The notes under the pieces: generated by a model
Seen by the model: only the letters and a program-made list of their open reading frames with translations
Told to the model about the DNA's origin: nothing
Databases searched by the model: none
From: Candidatus Bathyarchaeota archaeon
Lineage (GTDB): Archaea; Thermoproteota; Bathyarchaeia; 40CM-2-53-6
Assembly (NCBI GenBank): GCA_963726255.1
Contig: CAVSBL010000002.1
Location: 1-64,000, forward strand
Direction: 5' to 3'
DNA length: 64,000 nt
Shown here: in pieces, positions 40,233 to 50,292 of the stretch
Position numbering within the stretch: position 1 is the first letter of the stretch
How the letters are laid out: every line of letters begins with the position of its first letter
Position numbers and translations under genes: made by a program

Positions 40233-40985
40233 TCACTTCTCGTATCCCGCATGCATGAATGTGTGCGGCGCGCCAAAGGATGGGATAAAGATGTCCTCAT
40301 ATCGAACATTAGAGAGGTACCGCCTGCTCGCACTTAATGCAGCATCTCTAAACCGCCGATTGTAAGCTAGCTCGACCGATGACCCGACGTATTGACTACA
40401 GCGTCCTCTGCATTTTTCCTTGATGTCAGCGTATAGTTGGTTAAGTGTCTTCAAATTGCTCTTAATTCCAAAAGGCTTCTCGGTAAGGTCGATTATGGTT
40501 GCATCAAACTCTTCGCTCGTGGAATAAAGAAACCTGAAGGCATCGCCTATCAAGATTCTAACCCTCCGGTCTCCGAAGGCTCGGCCTACGCCCTTGATGT
40601 ATTTCTTACAACACTCGACAAGCAGGGGGTCGATTTCGACGACAGTGACGTGCTCGATTGTCGGAGAGTCGAGTAGTGCTAGCAAGGTCTGTCCGCTACC
40701 GCCCCCAAGCACAAGGACTTCGGCGCAGCTATTTCTCTTGGCAGGGCCACAGAGGGCTTTGTTGAAGATTCGCGAATCATAGGCAGTATGCTGAACATTA
40801 CCGTCAAGAAACAACATTCTACCATAGGCATCGTTGTCGATTATGTCGATTTCTTGGTATTTTGACCGTCCTGAAAAGTAGAATTTCTTGGCATGGTATG
40901 CCAGATGTAATCCGGGGTAGGGTTCGTACACGATGTATTCAGATTTCGGAAAGCACACTTTGCGGCCGTTCGACATATGCGTCAT
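40233..40985 (-). CDS. spermidine synthase-like protein (divergent)
   Basis: SKYQEI, GRMLFLDG.VQ, VLVLGGGSG, VEID, IPSF. Confidence 0.8.
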   Translation of the reverse strand: MTHMSNGRKVCFPKSEYIVYEPYPGLHLAYHAKKFYFSGRSKYQEIDIIDNDAYGRMLFLDGNVQHTAYDSRIFNKALCGPAKRNSCAEVLVLGGGSGQTLLALLDSPTIEHVTVVEIDPLLVECCKKYIKGVGRAFGDRRVRILIGDAFRFLYSTSEEFDATIIDLTEKPFGIKSNLKTLNQLYADIKEKCRGRCSQYVGSSVELAYNRRFRDAALSASRRYLSNVRYEDIFIPSFGAPHTFMHAGYEK

Positions 40986-41036
40986 GAGCTAGCTCAAGAA
41001 TAATGTATAATAGACCTCCGTAGCGCATTCGAACTA

Positions 41037-41822
41037 ATGCGCCGACCGCTCTACCGTCAACTTGTCTCTTACTACGAGCTCATCGAGGGTCGGGACTGGA
41101 AGAGCGAGGTCGGGCTCATCACTTCAATTCTGCGAGATCACGGTTCCAAATCCTTAGTCGACTTAGGATGTGGAACTGGATACCACGTGAGAGCGCTAAC
41201 GAAACTGGGCTTCGAGGCGACGGGAATTGACATCTCGAAAGAGAATATTCAATTCGCCAGAAGAAAAGCCGCTGAGGAGAAAATACACTCGCGCTTTGTC
41301 GTTGGTAGCTATTATGATTATCACCACCATGCGAGGTTTGACGCCGCTGTATGCCTGAACTGGTCTATCCCGGTCAGAAATGACGAGGTGAAACGCTTTC
41401 TTGATAACACGTACGCCCTGCTTCGACCTGGGGGGTTGTTGATTCTTGATTATGAAAGAGTATCGCAGATCGTATGGTCTGATGTCGGAAAGGCAATAGT
41501 ACAGTCATGGGAGCAGAAGAACCAGCTTATTGTAAGAGTCTCCCTTGGCAAGGTAGCCTCAAACGTGTTGTATTCAAGGGACGTTTACATTATCTACCCA
41601 AGGCTTCAGAAACTGATAGTGCCGAGCGAAAGGTCAAGGTACCAAGCCGATGAAAGAAATAGCCGTGTTCAGGTGTATGTCGATAGTTCATGTGTGCGTT
41701 TCTTCTCGATGTCAGAGATCAGAGACTTCGCACGCAGATCTGGGTTCAGGGTCATTAGCAATTTCGTTTTGCCGAGGAATGATTACAAGCGAAACTATGT
41801 TGTCCTAGAGAGGGTCAACTGA
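41037..41822 (+). CDS. class I SAM-dependent methyltransferase
   Basis: VDLGCGTG, GIDIS, LRPGG. Confidence 0.88.
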   Translation: MRRPLYRQLVSYYELIEGRDWKSEVGLITSILRDHGSKSLVDLGCGTGYHVRALTKLGFEATGIDISKENIQFARRKAAEEKIHSRFVVGSYYDYHHHARFDAAVCLNWSIPVRNDEVKRFLDNTYALLRPGGLLILDYERVSQIVWSDVGKAIVQSWEQKNQLIVRVSLGKVASNVLYSRDVYIIYPRLQKLIVPSERSRYQADERNSRVQVYVDSSCVRFFSMSEIRDFARRSGFRVISNFVLPRNDYKRNYVVLERVN

Positions 41823-41891
41823 CCCACATGTTCCCCCGTTCGCGTTGTGAAGGCTTTGGTGTGACCCGATGATTGGACGATTTCCTTTAGC

Positions 41892-42569
41892 CTAATGAAG
41901 GCGTGTTCCGCACCGGTCGCAGAAGTTTGCGCCAGGCTGGTTGGGAGCGCCGCAGTTAGCGCAGGCGACCGGTCCAAAAGGCGTTGGTTGTGGGGAAGCT
42001 TGTGGGTAGTAGGGTTGTTGGACGCTGGGTTGGGGATAAGGTGATTGAGTTGGAGGCACGTACGGCTGACCTACCGGCGGCGGGACCGGCGGGCGCATCA
42101 CAGCATATCCGCCCGTTCGCCCGAAGAATGCCCGAACGTTTCCCGAATTCAAGTAGACTAGTATGATGAGGTAAAACACGATTGTGCACACTATGCTCGC
42201 AAGGCTCTCGTAAAGCCCACTTCCTTCCACGAAACCTACTGTGATAGTCATGATTCCAAAGATGATTCCTAAGATGATCCCGATGATTGCGCCGATCAGG
42301 GTGAGGGTCCAAGCCCAGCCCTTGCCAGTCCAAAGGCCGTAAGCCATTATGAAAGAAAATATCCCCAAGGCGATGACAACAAAATCCAGCAAGAACAACA
42401 GGGTTACGAGAGCCCCACCGATTAGGGCGCCAGCGAGGACTGCCAAGATGAGCAGTACCGCTCCGATAGTTATGTCTCCGAGACCGCTTAGGATTTGTAG
42501 TATGGTGAGAACGGCTACCCCCACAGGCCGTGGGGGACGGGTCATGTTGGCCGCGTACAACGGATTCAT
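41892..42569 (-). CDS. membrane protein with Pro/Gln linker and zinc ribbon
   Basis: RPVGVAVL, GLWTGKGWAW, CANC...FCDRCG. Confidence 0.8.
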   Translation of the reverse strand: MNPLYAANMTRPPRPVGVAVLTILQILSGLGDITIGAVLLILAVLAGALIGGALVTLLFLLDFVVIALGIFSFIMAYGLWTGKGWAWTLTLIGAIIGIILGIIFGIMTITVGFVEGSGLYESLASIVCTIVFYLIILVYLNSGNVRAFFGRTGGYAVMRPPVPPPVGQPYVPPTQSPYPQPSVQQPYYPQASPQPTPFGPVACANCGAPNQPGANFCDRCGTRLH

Positions 42570-42666
42570 CCTCCTGTCTCAATTGGACTGAAGGGTATTA
42601 TGAAACCTCCGGAAATGCGTTTCCGGCCTTAGCACGCCTACATAGTGCGAGGCTAATAACTTAGAT

Positions 42667-42814
42667 TGGTAGCGGGGGGTGGATGTTCGGGCTTTTCGCC
42701 TTTCGAACCACCGGTTGAGGAGTTTTTTCGACTCAATCTCAGGGTTTCTCGCCAGGATATGAGCCCTCCGCACGGGAAGGTTCTGCGGGTTAAACCTGGC
42801 TACCCCACCCCGCT
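42667..42814 (-). tRNA. initiator tRNA-Met(CAT) with 4 introns
   Basis: A1:U72, three G-C pairs in anticodon stem, CCA; introns 42766-42782 (29/30), 42746-42757 (37/38), 42714-42735 (47/48), 42684-42701 (59/60). Confidence 0.88.
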
Positions 42815-42910
42815 AGCAGGAAACCAAAATCGGGTCGCGGTCTTTTAGGTTTACTTGTGGTTGTCTGACAGGTGTTGGTGTTGTGTTTTGATTGGTGACC
42901 TTCATTGTTT

Positions 42911-44206
42911 CTAGCTTGCTTGGGGGATTTCGTGCACTGAGCCGATGGGGCTTACCAAGATCAGGAGCACAGGGAGCAGGGAGATTAATCCGCCGATGAT
43001 GATGGTCTGCGTAATTCCAAACTCTGTACCGAAGATTCCTCCGATGAAAGCCCCAACTGGCAGCGCTCCCCAGACTATTGCACGCATGGTGGCGTTCATC
43101 CGGCCCTGAAGCCTGTCGGGCACAATCGCCTGACGAAGGCTGATCTGGGTGATATTGTAGATCGTTATTCCAACCCCAGAGACCATCCAGAGCGCCGCTA
43201 ACACTGGTACTGAGGGACCGTACATAGCAAGGGGGATTGCAAGGAGCCCGAAGCCGACAAGAGATAAGGCGGTGGCAAGGGTAGGAGCGAGCCCGAATCT
43301 CTGCCCGATCTTAGGCGCGATGATTGCACCAATCAAAGAACCCACGCTTCCGATTCCGAGTACGACGCCCGCCAATCCAGGGGACAGTCTCAACTCGTTG
43401 TACATGAAGAGAAAGAACACGGCTGAGAAGATGCTGCTTCCGAGATTCAAAGTTGTGGTCGTCGCTGCGAGGCTTCGGAGCCATGGATTGTGAAAGATTA
43501 CTTCAGCGCCTTCCCTGACCTCCCTAACGAAGTTGCGGTCTGCTTTTGAACTGTATGTGTTTTCAGTCTTCTTGATTGAGAAGATGGCTAGGGCGGCGAA
43601 CAACGTGGTGAGTGCGTCCGCTGTGATAGCTATGGCGGCTCCAGTGAGTTGTATGAGGAAACCGGCCAGCGCAGGGCCAGCGATCTGTGAGGTTGATTCG
43701 CTGGTTGTGAGCTTGGAGTTTCCTTCCACTAAATTCTCCCTATCAACCAGCGTTGGTAGATAGGACTGGTATGCGACTTCGAAAAACACAGTGGATATTC
43801 CCATAACCGCGGCAACGGCGAACAAATGGTAGAGGTTGAGTTTGCCTAGGAGGAACGCGATTGGAATTGTTCCAAGGGTGATGACCTGTACAATATTCGC
43901 CAGAACCATCATTGGGCGCCGCGGCCACCTGTCACCCATCACACCCACGAAGACCCCTAGAATCGGAAAGGCAAGGTAGCCCAAGGCGTTTAGAACTCCA
44001 ATATCGAAAGCTCCAGCCTTTAGAGCGAAAATGGCGATAGTCGGCAACGCCAAGTAGGTTATTTGACCTCCAAACCACTCGACAGTTTCGCCAACCCATA
44101 AACGCATGAAATCCCTATGGTGCCACAGCCGTCCTGACAAAGCAAACTTCAAACTAGCATCCTCTTCCATCCCCCAGGACGGTCGCTCTTTTGCCGTGAC
44201 GAACAC
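42911..44206 (-). CDS. MFS transporter
   Basis: About 12 TM helices, GVMGDRWPRR, LQGRMNA. Confidence 0.9.
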   Translation of the reverse strand: MFVTAKERPSWGMEEDASLKFALSGRLWHHRDFMRLWVGETVEWFGGQITYLALPTIAIFALKAGAFDIGVLNALGYLAFPILGVFVGVMGDRWPRRPMMVLANIVQVITLGTIPIAFLLGKLNLYHLFAVAAVMGISTVFFEVAYQSYLPTLVDRENLVEGNSKLTTSESTSQIAGPALAGFLIQLTGAAIAITADALTTLFAALAIFSIKKTENTYSSKADRNFVREVREGAEVIFHNPWLRSLAATTTTLNLGSSIFSAVFFLFMYNELRLSPGLAGVVLGIGSVGSLIGAIIAPKIGQRFGLAPTLATALSLVGFGLLAIPLAMYGPSVPVLAALWMVSGVGITIYNITQISLRQAIVPDRLQGRMNATMRAIVWGALPVGAFIGGIFGTEFGITQTIIIGGLISLLPVLLILVSPIGSVHEIPQAS

Positions 44207-44284
44207 GGCAGGCGACTTGGACTTGAGTAGTACCGAGTGAAAGTCAGCAAGTTCGCACTAGACACATAACATCCAATGCGTGTC

Positions 44285-45445
44285 CTAAGCGCTAATTCCC
44301 ACATTCTCTATTTTCTGCAGCTTAGAAGAACACTTCTCGAAATCAACAACCCATCCTTTCTCGTCGTCAAAGAGTTCTTCTGATATCGTCTGACCCTGTT
44401 TGCTTACAAAGTCAATTCTTACTGAAGAATATGAATTTAGGATGCCGGCTCTAGCCATCTGTGAGAAGAAGGCGAACATCTTCGGCAGTTGCGATTCCAA
44501 CATCCATGTTTGAACCATGAACGCGTTCCGGCGCAGAAGCTTGGCTACGCCTAATACGAAAAACATCTTAGGGACGATTGAGTAGAACCTGTCCAAATCC
44601 TCCTTGCTATTGAATTCAAGCATAACCTCATGATACGCAGAAACCTCCATGGGGTATGGATGAACTCTGAACTGGATCGGGTCAACTACCCCCAGAGCAG
44701 TCAGCTTCTCGTAATGATACTTCACACCTTGCGGTGTCATTCCCACCGTTTTCGCGATGTCGGCGAAGCTTGTGCGAGCATCCATTTCCAGCTGCCATAT
44801 TACCATTAGATCTGTCTTATCGACCTTCATCTCATAGCTCTGAGGGTCATCAATCGTAACGTCGTTACGTTCCTCACCGAGTGAAGCGCGCCAACCTTCC
44901 CAATCAAATTTCCATCGGCTTTCGGTTGAGTCATAGTAGTCGAAATCAGGGAAGTTGGGGACATAATCCCCTGTGTAGATCAGGCTGAAGGACCGGATTA
45001 ACTCGCTATCAGCAAGCTGTTGGACGTAAGACCTGAACTCTTTAAGGTATTTCACTGGGACGAGTTGAACCGAGATGTGGGTGAAGTTGCCTTCGCAGAA
45101 ACCCACTGAACGCCAAAGGTTAGGGGCCTTGAGTGCGGCAGTGACCTCATCCTCACGTCCCGGTGTAGCTGATGCTAGAATGACGACTCTAACCATGCCT
45201 AGTTTTGAGACCGGGGGGACAAGGGCAGCGACTTCCTGTGACTTAGCCTCTATCTTGGCAATTCTATGGTAGACCGAGGTAAACGGTATCCCTGTTCGGC
45301 GGGATACTTCGAGTAGATTCCTCGGACCATACTTCCACATAGCTGAGAAAATTCGTATGTTGGGTCCATCAAGGTGTCTAGCGATTTCCTTGTACTGCAT
45401 CTTCTTGAAGTGGTCGTAGAGACTGACCCACTCGGTTCTCAGCAA
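44285..45445 (-). CDS. duplicated Lrp/AsnC-type regulator
   Basis: Two HTH + RAM-like halves (EVSRRTGIPFTSVYHRI; DARTSFADIAKTVG). Confidence 0.8.
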   Translation of the reverse strand: MLRTEWVSLYDHFKKMQYKEIARHLDGPNIRIFSAMWKYGPRNLLEVSRRTGIPFTSVYHRIAKIEAKSQEVAALVPPVSKLGMVRVVILASATPGREDEVTAALKAPNLWRSVGFCEGNFTHISVQLVPVKYLKEFRSYVQQLADSELIRSFSLIYTGDYVPNFPDFDYYDSTESRWKFDWEGWRASLGEERNDVTIDDPQSYEMKVDKTDLMVIWQLEMDARTSFADIAKTVGMTPQGVKYHYEKLTALGVVDPIQFRVHPYPMEVSAYHEVMLEFNSKEDLDRFYSIVPKMFFVLGVAKLLRRNAFMVQTWMLESQLPKMFAFFSQMARAGILNSYSSVRIDFVSKQGQTISEELFDDEKGWVVDFEKCSSKLQKIENVGISA

Positions 45446-45455
45446 CGTGATTCAA

Positions 45456-45713
45456 CTAGGCTTTGGCTAAGTATCGCTTAGGTGCTTGAGAGATGGCCAC
45501 AACTTCAAAAGGCGTATCTGGGGAAAACGCAGTGGCCGTCGATGTTCCTCGTTCACCGTGCAGCTCGTTTGTTACTCTGCCCATGATAACTCGTGAGACT
45601 TTCGAACCGAGTAGGTCTGTCAGAACGTTTTCCATTGCGCGGCAGTGGTCACACACTATGGTCATCTCGCTAAAGGCAGCGTCGTCGTCCTCCGGGATAA
45701 AAACCTCTACCAA
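45456..45713 (-). CDS. hypothetical protein
   Basis: Co-oriented directly upstream of the regulator; CDHC. Confidence 0.4.
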   Translation of the reverse strand: MVEVFIPEDDDAAFSEMTIVCDHCRAMENVLTDLLGSKVSRVIMGRVTNELHGERGTSTATAFSPDTPFEVVAISQAPKRYLAKA

Positions 45714-46526
45714 ACGCGTGGGTAATTTAGGTAAAAACCAAAGCTACCGCTAGGCGCCCCTTAGCACAATCATGTCTATGCCAAGCAGGCGAAACTCACG
45801 AAATAAGTTCGATTTCTACACAAACGAAACTATTTAGCCACCCGAGCGGCCGCCAGTATCATGACCCATCAATTCACCCCCAATAAATCACGCCTTACAA
45901 GGCGAGAGAATGATGCACGCATTGAAGATATTTAACTTCCGCAAATGAAGAACTTAGTTTTCCCTTTGCATTTGACAAAACCGCCTCCCATCTGCGGTAA
46001 CGCTTCTTACTAGGGTCATTTTGCACTGTTACGCCGCAGGAAAGCAGATTACGACCTTAAATCGCCGTCTTGGAGCGCCTCTAGCCACTTATCAACAGAA
46101 AGAAGCCTCACTTGTCCTTGTTGTTGCGATCTTGACATCATCTCGGCGAGAACCGCTAACTCATTCTCGAAGATATCAATTTGCCGAACCTCACGATAGT
46201 GTTCGTGGTCACCTCGAGTCCAGTTAGACAGCAGGATTCTTCGCTGCTGGAGCTGAGGGCGCATGCGATTCACGTCTAGATCATTCTCGGTCTAGGTGGC
46301 ATTCTGCGCGCCGCATCTCTTGCAGTGTCTTCCTGTCATTGCAAGCTTGATAGTCAGAGGTCAATGACGCTAATTGTTTGAAAAGCGTCCACAACTTTCG
46401 TGTTTACATTCTTCTGCGAAACTGAACAACCTGCCGTTCGGGTTTTGCTGTGAATGTCGACACCCCGAGGGCACCAGCGAAGTAAGCCTTATTCGTTGTT
46501 ATTCAAGCGGGTGTTGGTGATTGGAC

Positions 46527-46754
46527 ATGTCTTACTATTGCGTTCCGAAACCACCTTTGACTGCCACTTGCTATGTTCCCGCGCCGTGTCTTGTTCCTCA
46601 GCCGCCGGAGGTCTACTATCAACCCCCTCCACAAGGCTACGCGTACCAACCGCCGCCAGTAAACTACGTGTACCAACCGCCACCGGTGCCATACTCCGTC
46701 TTGCCTCCAGCGCAGTACTATTGGTATCAGCACCCCGCAGTCAGGGTGCAATAA
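46527..46754 (+). CDS. Pro/Tyr-rich repeat peptide
   Basis: YQPPP three times; ATG 46527 preceded by SD-like GGTGA. Confidence 0.55.
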   Translation: MSYYCVPKPPLTATCYVPAPCLVPQPPEVYYQPPPQGYAYQPPPVNYVYQPPPVPYSVLPPAQYYWYQHPAVRVQ

Positions 46755-46891
46755 TCCCCTTTTTCCGCAGACGACCGGCTCAGGCAAATCTACAGCTCGG
46801 CGTCAGGGCGTGGGTGCCGTGCGCCCGGCGTTAATTTTTTCGTCGTGTGAATGATGATGCCTTCTCTGAAGTGTTCCTGTGCATTAGGTTC

Positions 46892-48237
46892 CTATGGGTC
46901 GTGCCAATTGCCGAAAGGAGAGCTATGGTCACGAGTTTTCTTTTCAAGTCCATAGCGGGAGAGCGGCTTAGTGAGATGTCTCTGCGCTTTCCTATCGGGA
47001 ACATAGAGACCTTCTTCCAATGCTCGGTCTCTGCGCGTCAACTTCTTCTTTGCAGATGGCGCTCGGAACGAACATCTTGAGCATCTGAAGCCCTGCGCTT
47101 TGCCAGCCGATTTCAAGTGTTTCTTACATTTTGGGCAAACTGGGTTCTCAATGCTAATCGATTCCCCCAACCGGTGGATCTGAAGTTTCTCCAAGTTCAA
47201 GACCAGCGGTAAGTCCCGCGTTTCTTCAAGCCACCAAATACTGTCACTTCGTCACCAGGGATCAGTCTCGCCACGATTTCTCGAAACCTGCCGGTCGGTT
47301 CGAAAGCGGCGCAGCGCAGACTCGACCCATTGTATCTGAGCGTGAAGAATACGTGGCCTCCCCTGATGCGTTCTGGTTTCTCCGCGACGACTCCTTTCAG
47401 AACAAGAGGCCTGAAGGGCCTTACTCGGGTGCTCAAGGGCGAAGCGTTAAGATGCGCATCTGTTCCATGATTAGTCCGAAATATCACCCATCGTTCGATT
47501 GGTTCCCCTATCCTCAGCATGCGGAACGCCTTCAGAAGGATGTGGGGATTCTCTCCCCGAATCCCGAGGAGGACAGGGTCCGGACCGTGTGGCGTAATGA
47601 GCGTTCGCCTATTGTCGAAATCGTAACTATTGAAAGTCCAGGGTGCGGTACGTCGGTCCATTCTCATTACGGATCTTTCTTCGACCCGCCTTCTTGTTCC
47701 CCAGTTCTTCCTCTCTCTATATGCGACAAGCTCATACGTGTGGTCATTCTCCAAACATTCTCCAACAGCGGACAAGGCGCCTACCAAACCCAATCGGGAA
47801 CCGTAAGCTAGCGCGGTTATTTTGCAGCGAGTGATTGTTTCTTGGGCTTCATGTTCACTTACGATATCTCTAAGAGCTTTCCGGGCCAGCCTCCTGACCA
47901 TGCCCGGAGGCTTCCCGTTTAGAAAGACAATCGCCGGGTCTGTCCCTGCGCTGCCAATCCGGCTGTTTGCCTCTACCTCTTCGATTGCCGCCTCCTGAAC
48001 GGTGCCGTAAAAGTTGGCTGGAATCTTGAGCCGCAAGGCTACTGCTGCATTTCCACGTGTCTTGTACGGAATGTTCGGGTTCAGCCTTATGATGTTGGGG
48101 TAGTCGATGAATTGGGCGCCCAGTTTACACAATTTTTCGACTAGCCGAGCTGCGATGTAGGTGGTGCAGCCGCCTGCCTTCGAGTCTGTATCATCAATTC
48201 CTATGTGCAGTTCGGTTCCGTTAACTTGTTGGCTCAT
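46892..48237 (-). CDS. tiaS: tRNA(Ile2) agmatinylcytidine synthase with apparent frameshift near 47215
   Basis: HIGIDDTDS..GCTT, RLNPNIPYKTRGN, TNHGTD, GGHV, AFEPTG; NLEK..NPVCPKC..QGFRC..RHLTKP lies in a second frame. Confidence 0.93.
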
Positions 48238-49402
48238 GGAGCCTCAACTCGTTAACTCGCTTCCATCGACTTTCAGGATTACCGATTGCCGAGGGTTCCT
48301 GTACCATCGCTTCAACTGGAAGCGCGCCGGCCCTGAACCTCAGGGCTCTCGCCAGAATATTTCTGGCGGCGTTTACGTCTCGGTCAACTGTGAATCCACA
48401 CGATTGGCACTTGAGTTGTCGGTTCTCTTCGGGTTTCATTCTTGACCCACATATCGAACACTTCACTGAAGTACCCCTCGGATTCACATAGATGATTGGC
48501 ATGCCTTCCCACTTGGCTTTGTATTCGATTTGGCGCTGCAGTTCAAAGTAACTCCAGCTGTTCATCATCCCACGGTAGCTTCCTCCCTGCCAGTTACCTT
48601 TACGGTAAAGCTTCCTTATGCCTGTCAGCTTCTCCATGACGATGCCGAACTGCTTGCGTTTCGCGTCTAGGATAATCTGTTTTGAGGCGTGGTGGAGGAT
48701 CTGTTTCACCTTCTCGCGTTGCTTACGCCCGTACTTTCCAGTGACCCGTTGGCGTATGCGCAGGTCGTTTCGCCGCATATGCGAACGAATCTCACGGTAC
48801 ATCGCTTTAACTTCCGTTGCCTTAGCCAAATTCCGCCTTTTCACCTGCCCATCTGAGTCTGCCGTCGTCAAATTGTTGAGGTTTCGGTCGATGGCAATTA
48901 GGCCTCGCGGTTGAATTGGTTGAATTTCCTTCGCGTATGAGATGCTTAGCTCTTTGTTCGTCAATGTGACGGAACGAACTTGGATGCCCGGTTCAGAGAG
49001 GACGCGGAGCGTGTGTGCGTTCAACGGGATGGGTAACCGTTGCTTAGGTTTGAATGGCAGCAAGAGCATTCCTGGTTTCGCTCTAATTTTGAAACCATAA
49101 CAGGTTGTCAATTGCGGGCCTCGTGAATAAGGTTCCCTTGCTTCAGGATTCTTCTTTCTAGCCTTACGATAGTTCCGTAAGATGCCGGTGGCTTTGCTGA
49201 TTGCGCAGAGCTTGTAGTAGCTCATGATGTTGTAGGTTGCGAGTTGATGGTAGGTTTTCGTGGAGAGTGATTTGAGGCTGGTCACGTCCTCGGCAAGTCC
49301 AATCCGTACGCAGTCGTTGAGCATCTGAGGAAATTCATCAAGCATCCGTAGAATCTCGCAGCTGGGCGTGTAGTGTTGTTGAACTGATTTGACCGCCCGC
49401 AT
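48221..49402 (-). mobile_element. tnpB: IS200/IS605-family TnpB RNA-guided nuclease, no adjacent TnpA
   Basis: RuvC AIDRN / VMEKL / DRDVNAARN, TS..CSIC...CQSC zinc finger. Confidence 0.92.
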
Positions 49403-49551
49403 AGCTTAACCTAAACTTTCATCCTCTTTTAGGCATGAGAGATAAGTGAAAAACAAGGACCCGACAAGTTAACAGAGCCTGCAGTTCCACAAGCAGAAAC
49501 CCAGTCGGTATTTCGCCTGTACCGACTCTTCTGGTGAGGTCGTTGGGTTGA

Positions 49552-49788
49552 TTAGGTTCCTTCTACGACGATCATTGTGAGCGTGGAGCGGACCTTGTCG
49601 AGTCTGCGTATCTTCCACGTAACAATCTCTTTCAGCTTGTCCATGGAATCGGCTTCGACTTTCGCAACAATGTCATATACGCCGTAGACGACGTATGATT
49701 CCTTCACGTTCCCTATCTTGCGCAGTTCTCCGGCTACTTCATCTTCAGATCCTATTTCCGCATTAATCAGGACGAAGGCAAGTGGCAT
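49552..49788 (-). CDS. stand-alone Lrp/AsnC ligand-binding domain
   Basis: AFVLIN, VYGVYDIVAKV, STLTMIV. Confidence 0.88.
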   Translation of the reverse strand: MPLAFVLINAEIGSEDEVAGELRKIGNVKESYVVYGVYDIVAKVEADSMDKLKEIVTWKIRRLDKVRSTLTMIVVEGT

Positions 49789-49861
49789 TACGAAACCTCG
49801 TCGTAGCCTTGATGTTCAGAGTGTCGCTAAAAGCATTTGCCTAGCTCATTGCCGAGGCCAA

Positions 49862-50083
49862 TCAGGTTATGGCTATTTCTTTCGCCTTATTAGTCGGGAA
49901 AATCTTCGTGGCAGACCCGTTTTCGTCAAGAATGGCTACCGTATCAACCACCCAGTTGTCAGAGAGCGCACTTGACTCGATTGTTCGACGTATTTGCTCC
50001 ACCAACTTATCTGGTGGCAAGACGTCATGAGTGGAACCGAGAACTAGGGTGACAAGTGCGAACTTACCCGTAGCGTACACCAA
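49862..50083 (-). CDS. hypothetical protein
   Basis: Non-overlapping 73-aa ORF with protein-like composition. Confidence 0.45.
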   Translation of the reverse strand: MVYATGKFALVTLVLGSTHDVLPPDKLVEQIRRTIESSALSDNWVVDTVAILDENGSATKIFPTNKAKEIAIT

Positions 50084-50292
50084 CTACAATAGGCTGTGAA
50101 ATCTGAATATATGGTTTGCCAAGTACGTCTTACGTCATGTCAACCCGCCTAAAAACTGCCGAGAAAGCGCTGAACTGCACTCAAAATCATTTCAACGTTG
50201 AGCTACTGCTCCAAAAACAAGTTGCCGTGTTGAATTCAACGGTTCAGCTCTGTAGCCCACAACTTTTACCGGACCGCTCGGATTAACCACCC

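Noticed and set aside
42579-42848. Track ORFs 42579..42773 and 42666..42848
   Set aside because: Shadow frames over the tRNA-iMet gene
46292-46294. Pyrrolysine read-through of TAG
   Set aside because: No pyl genes in the window, and TAG is a normal stop for many genes here
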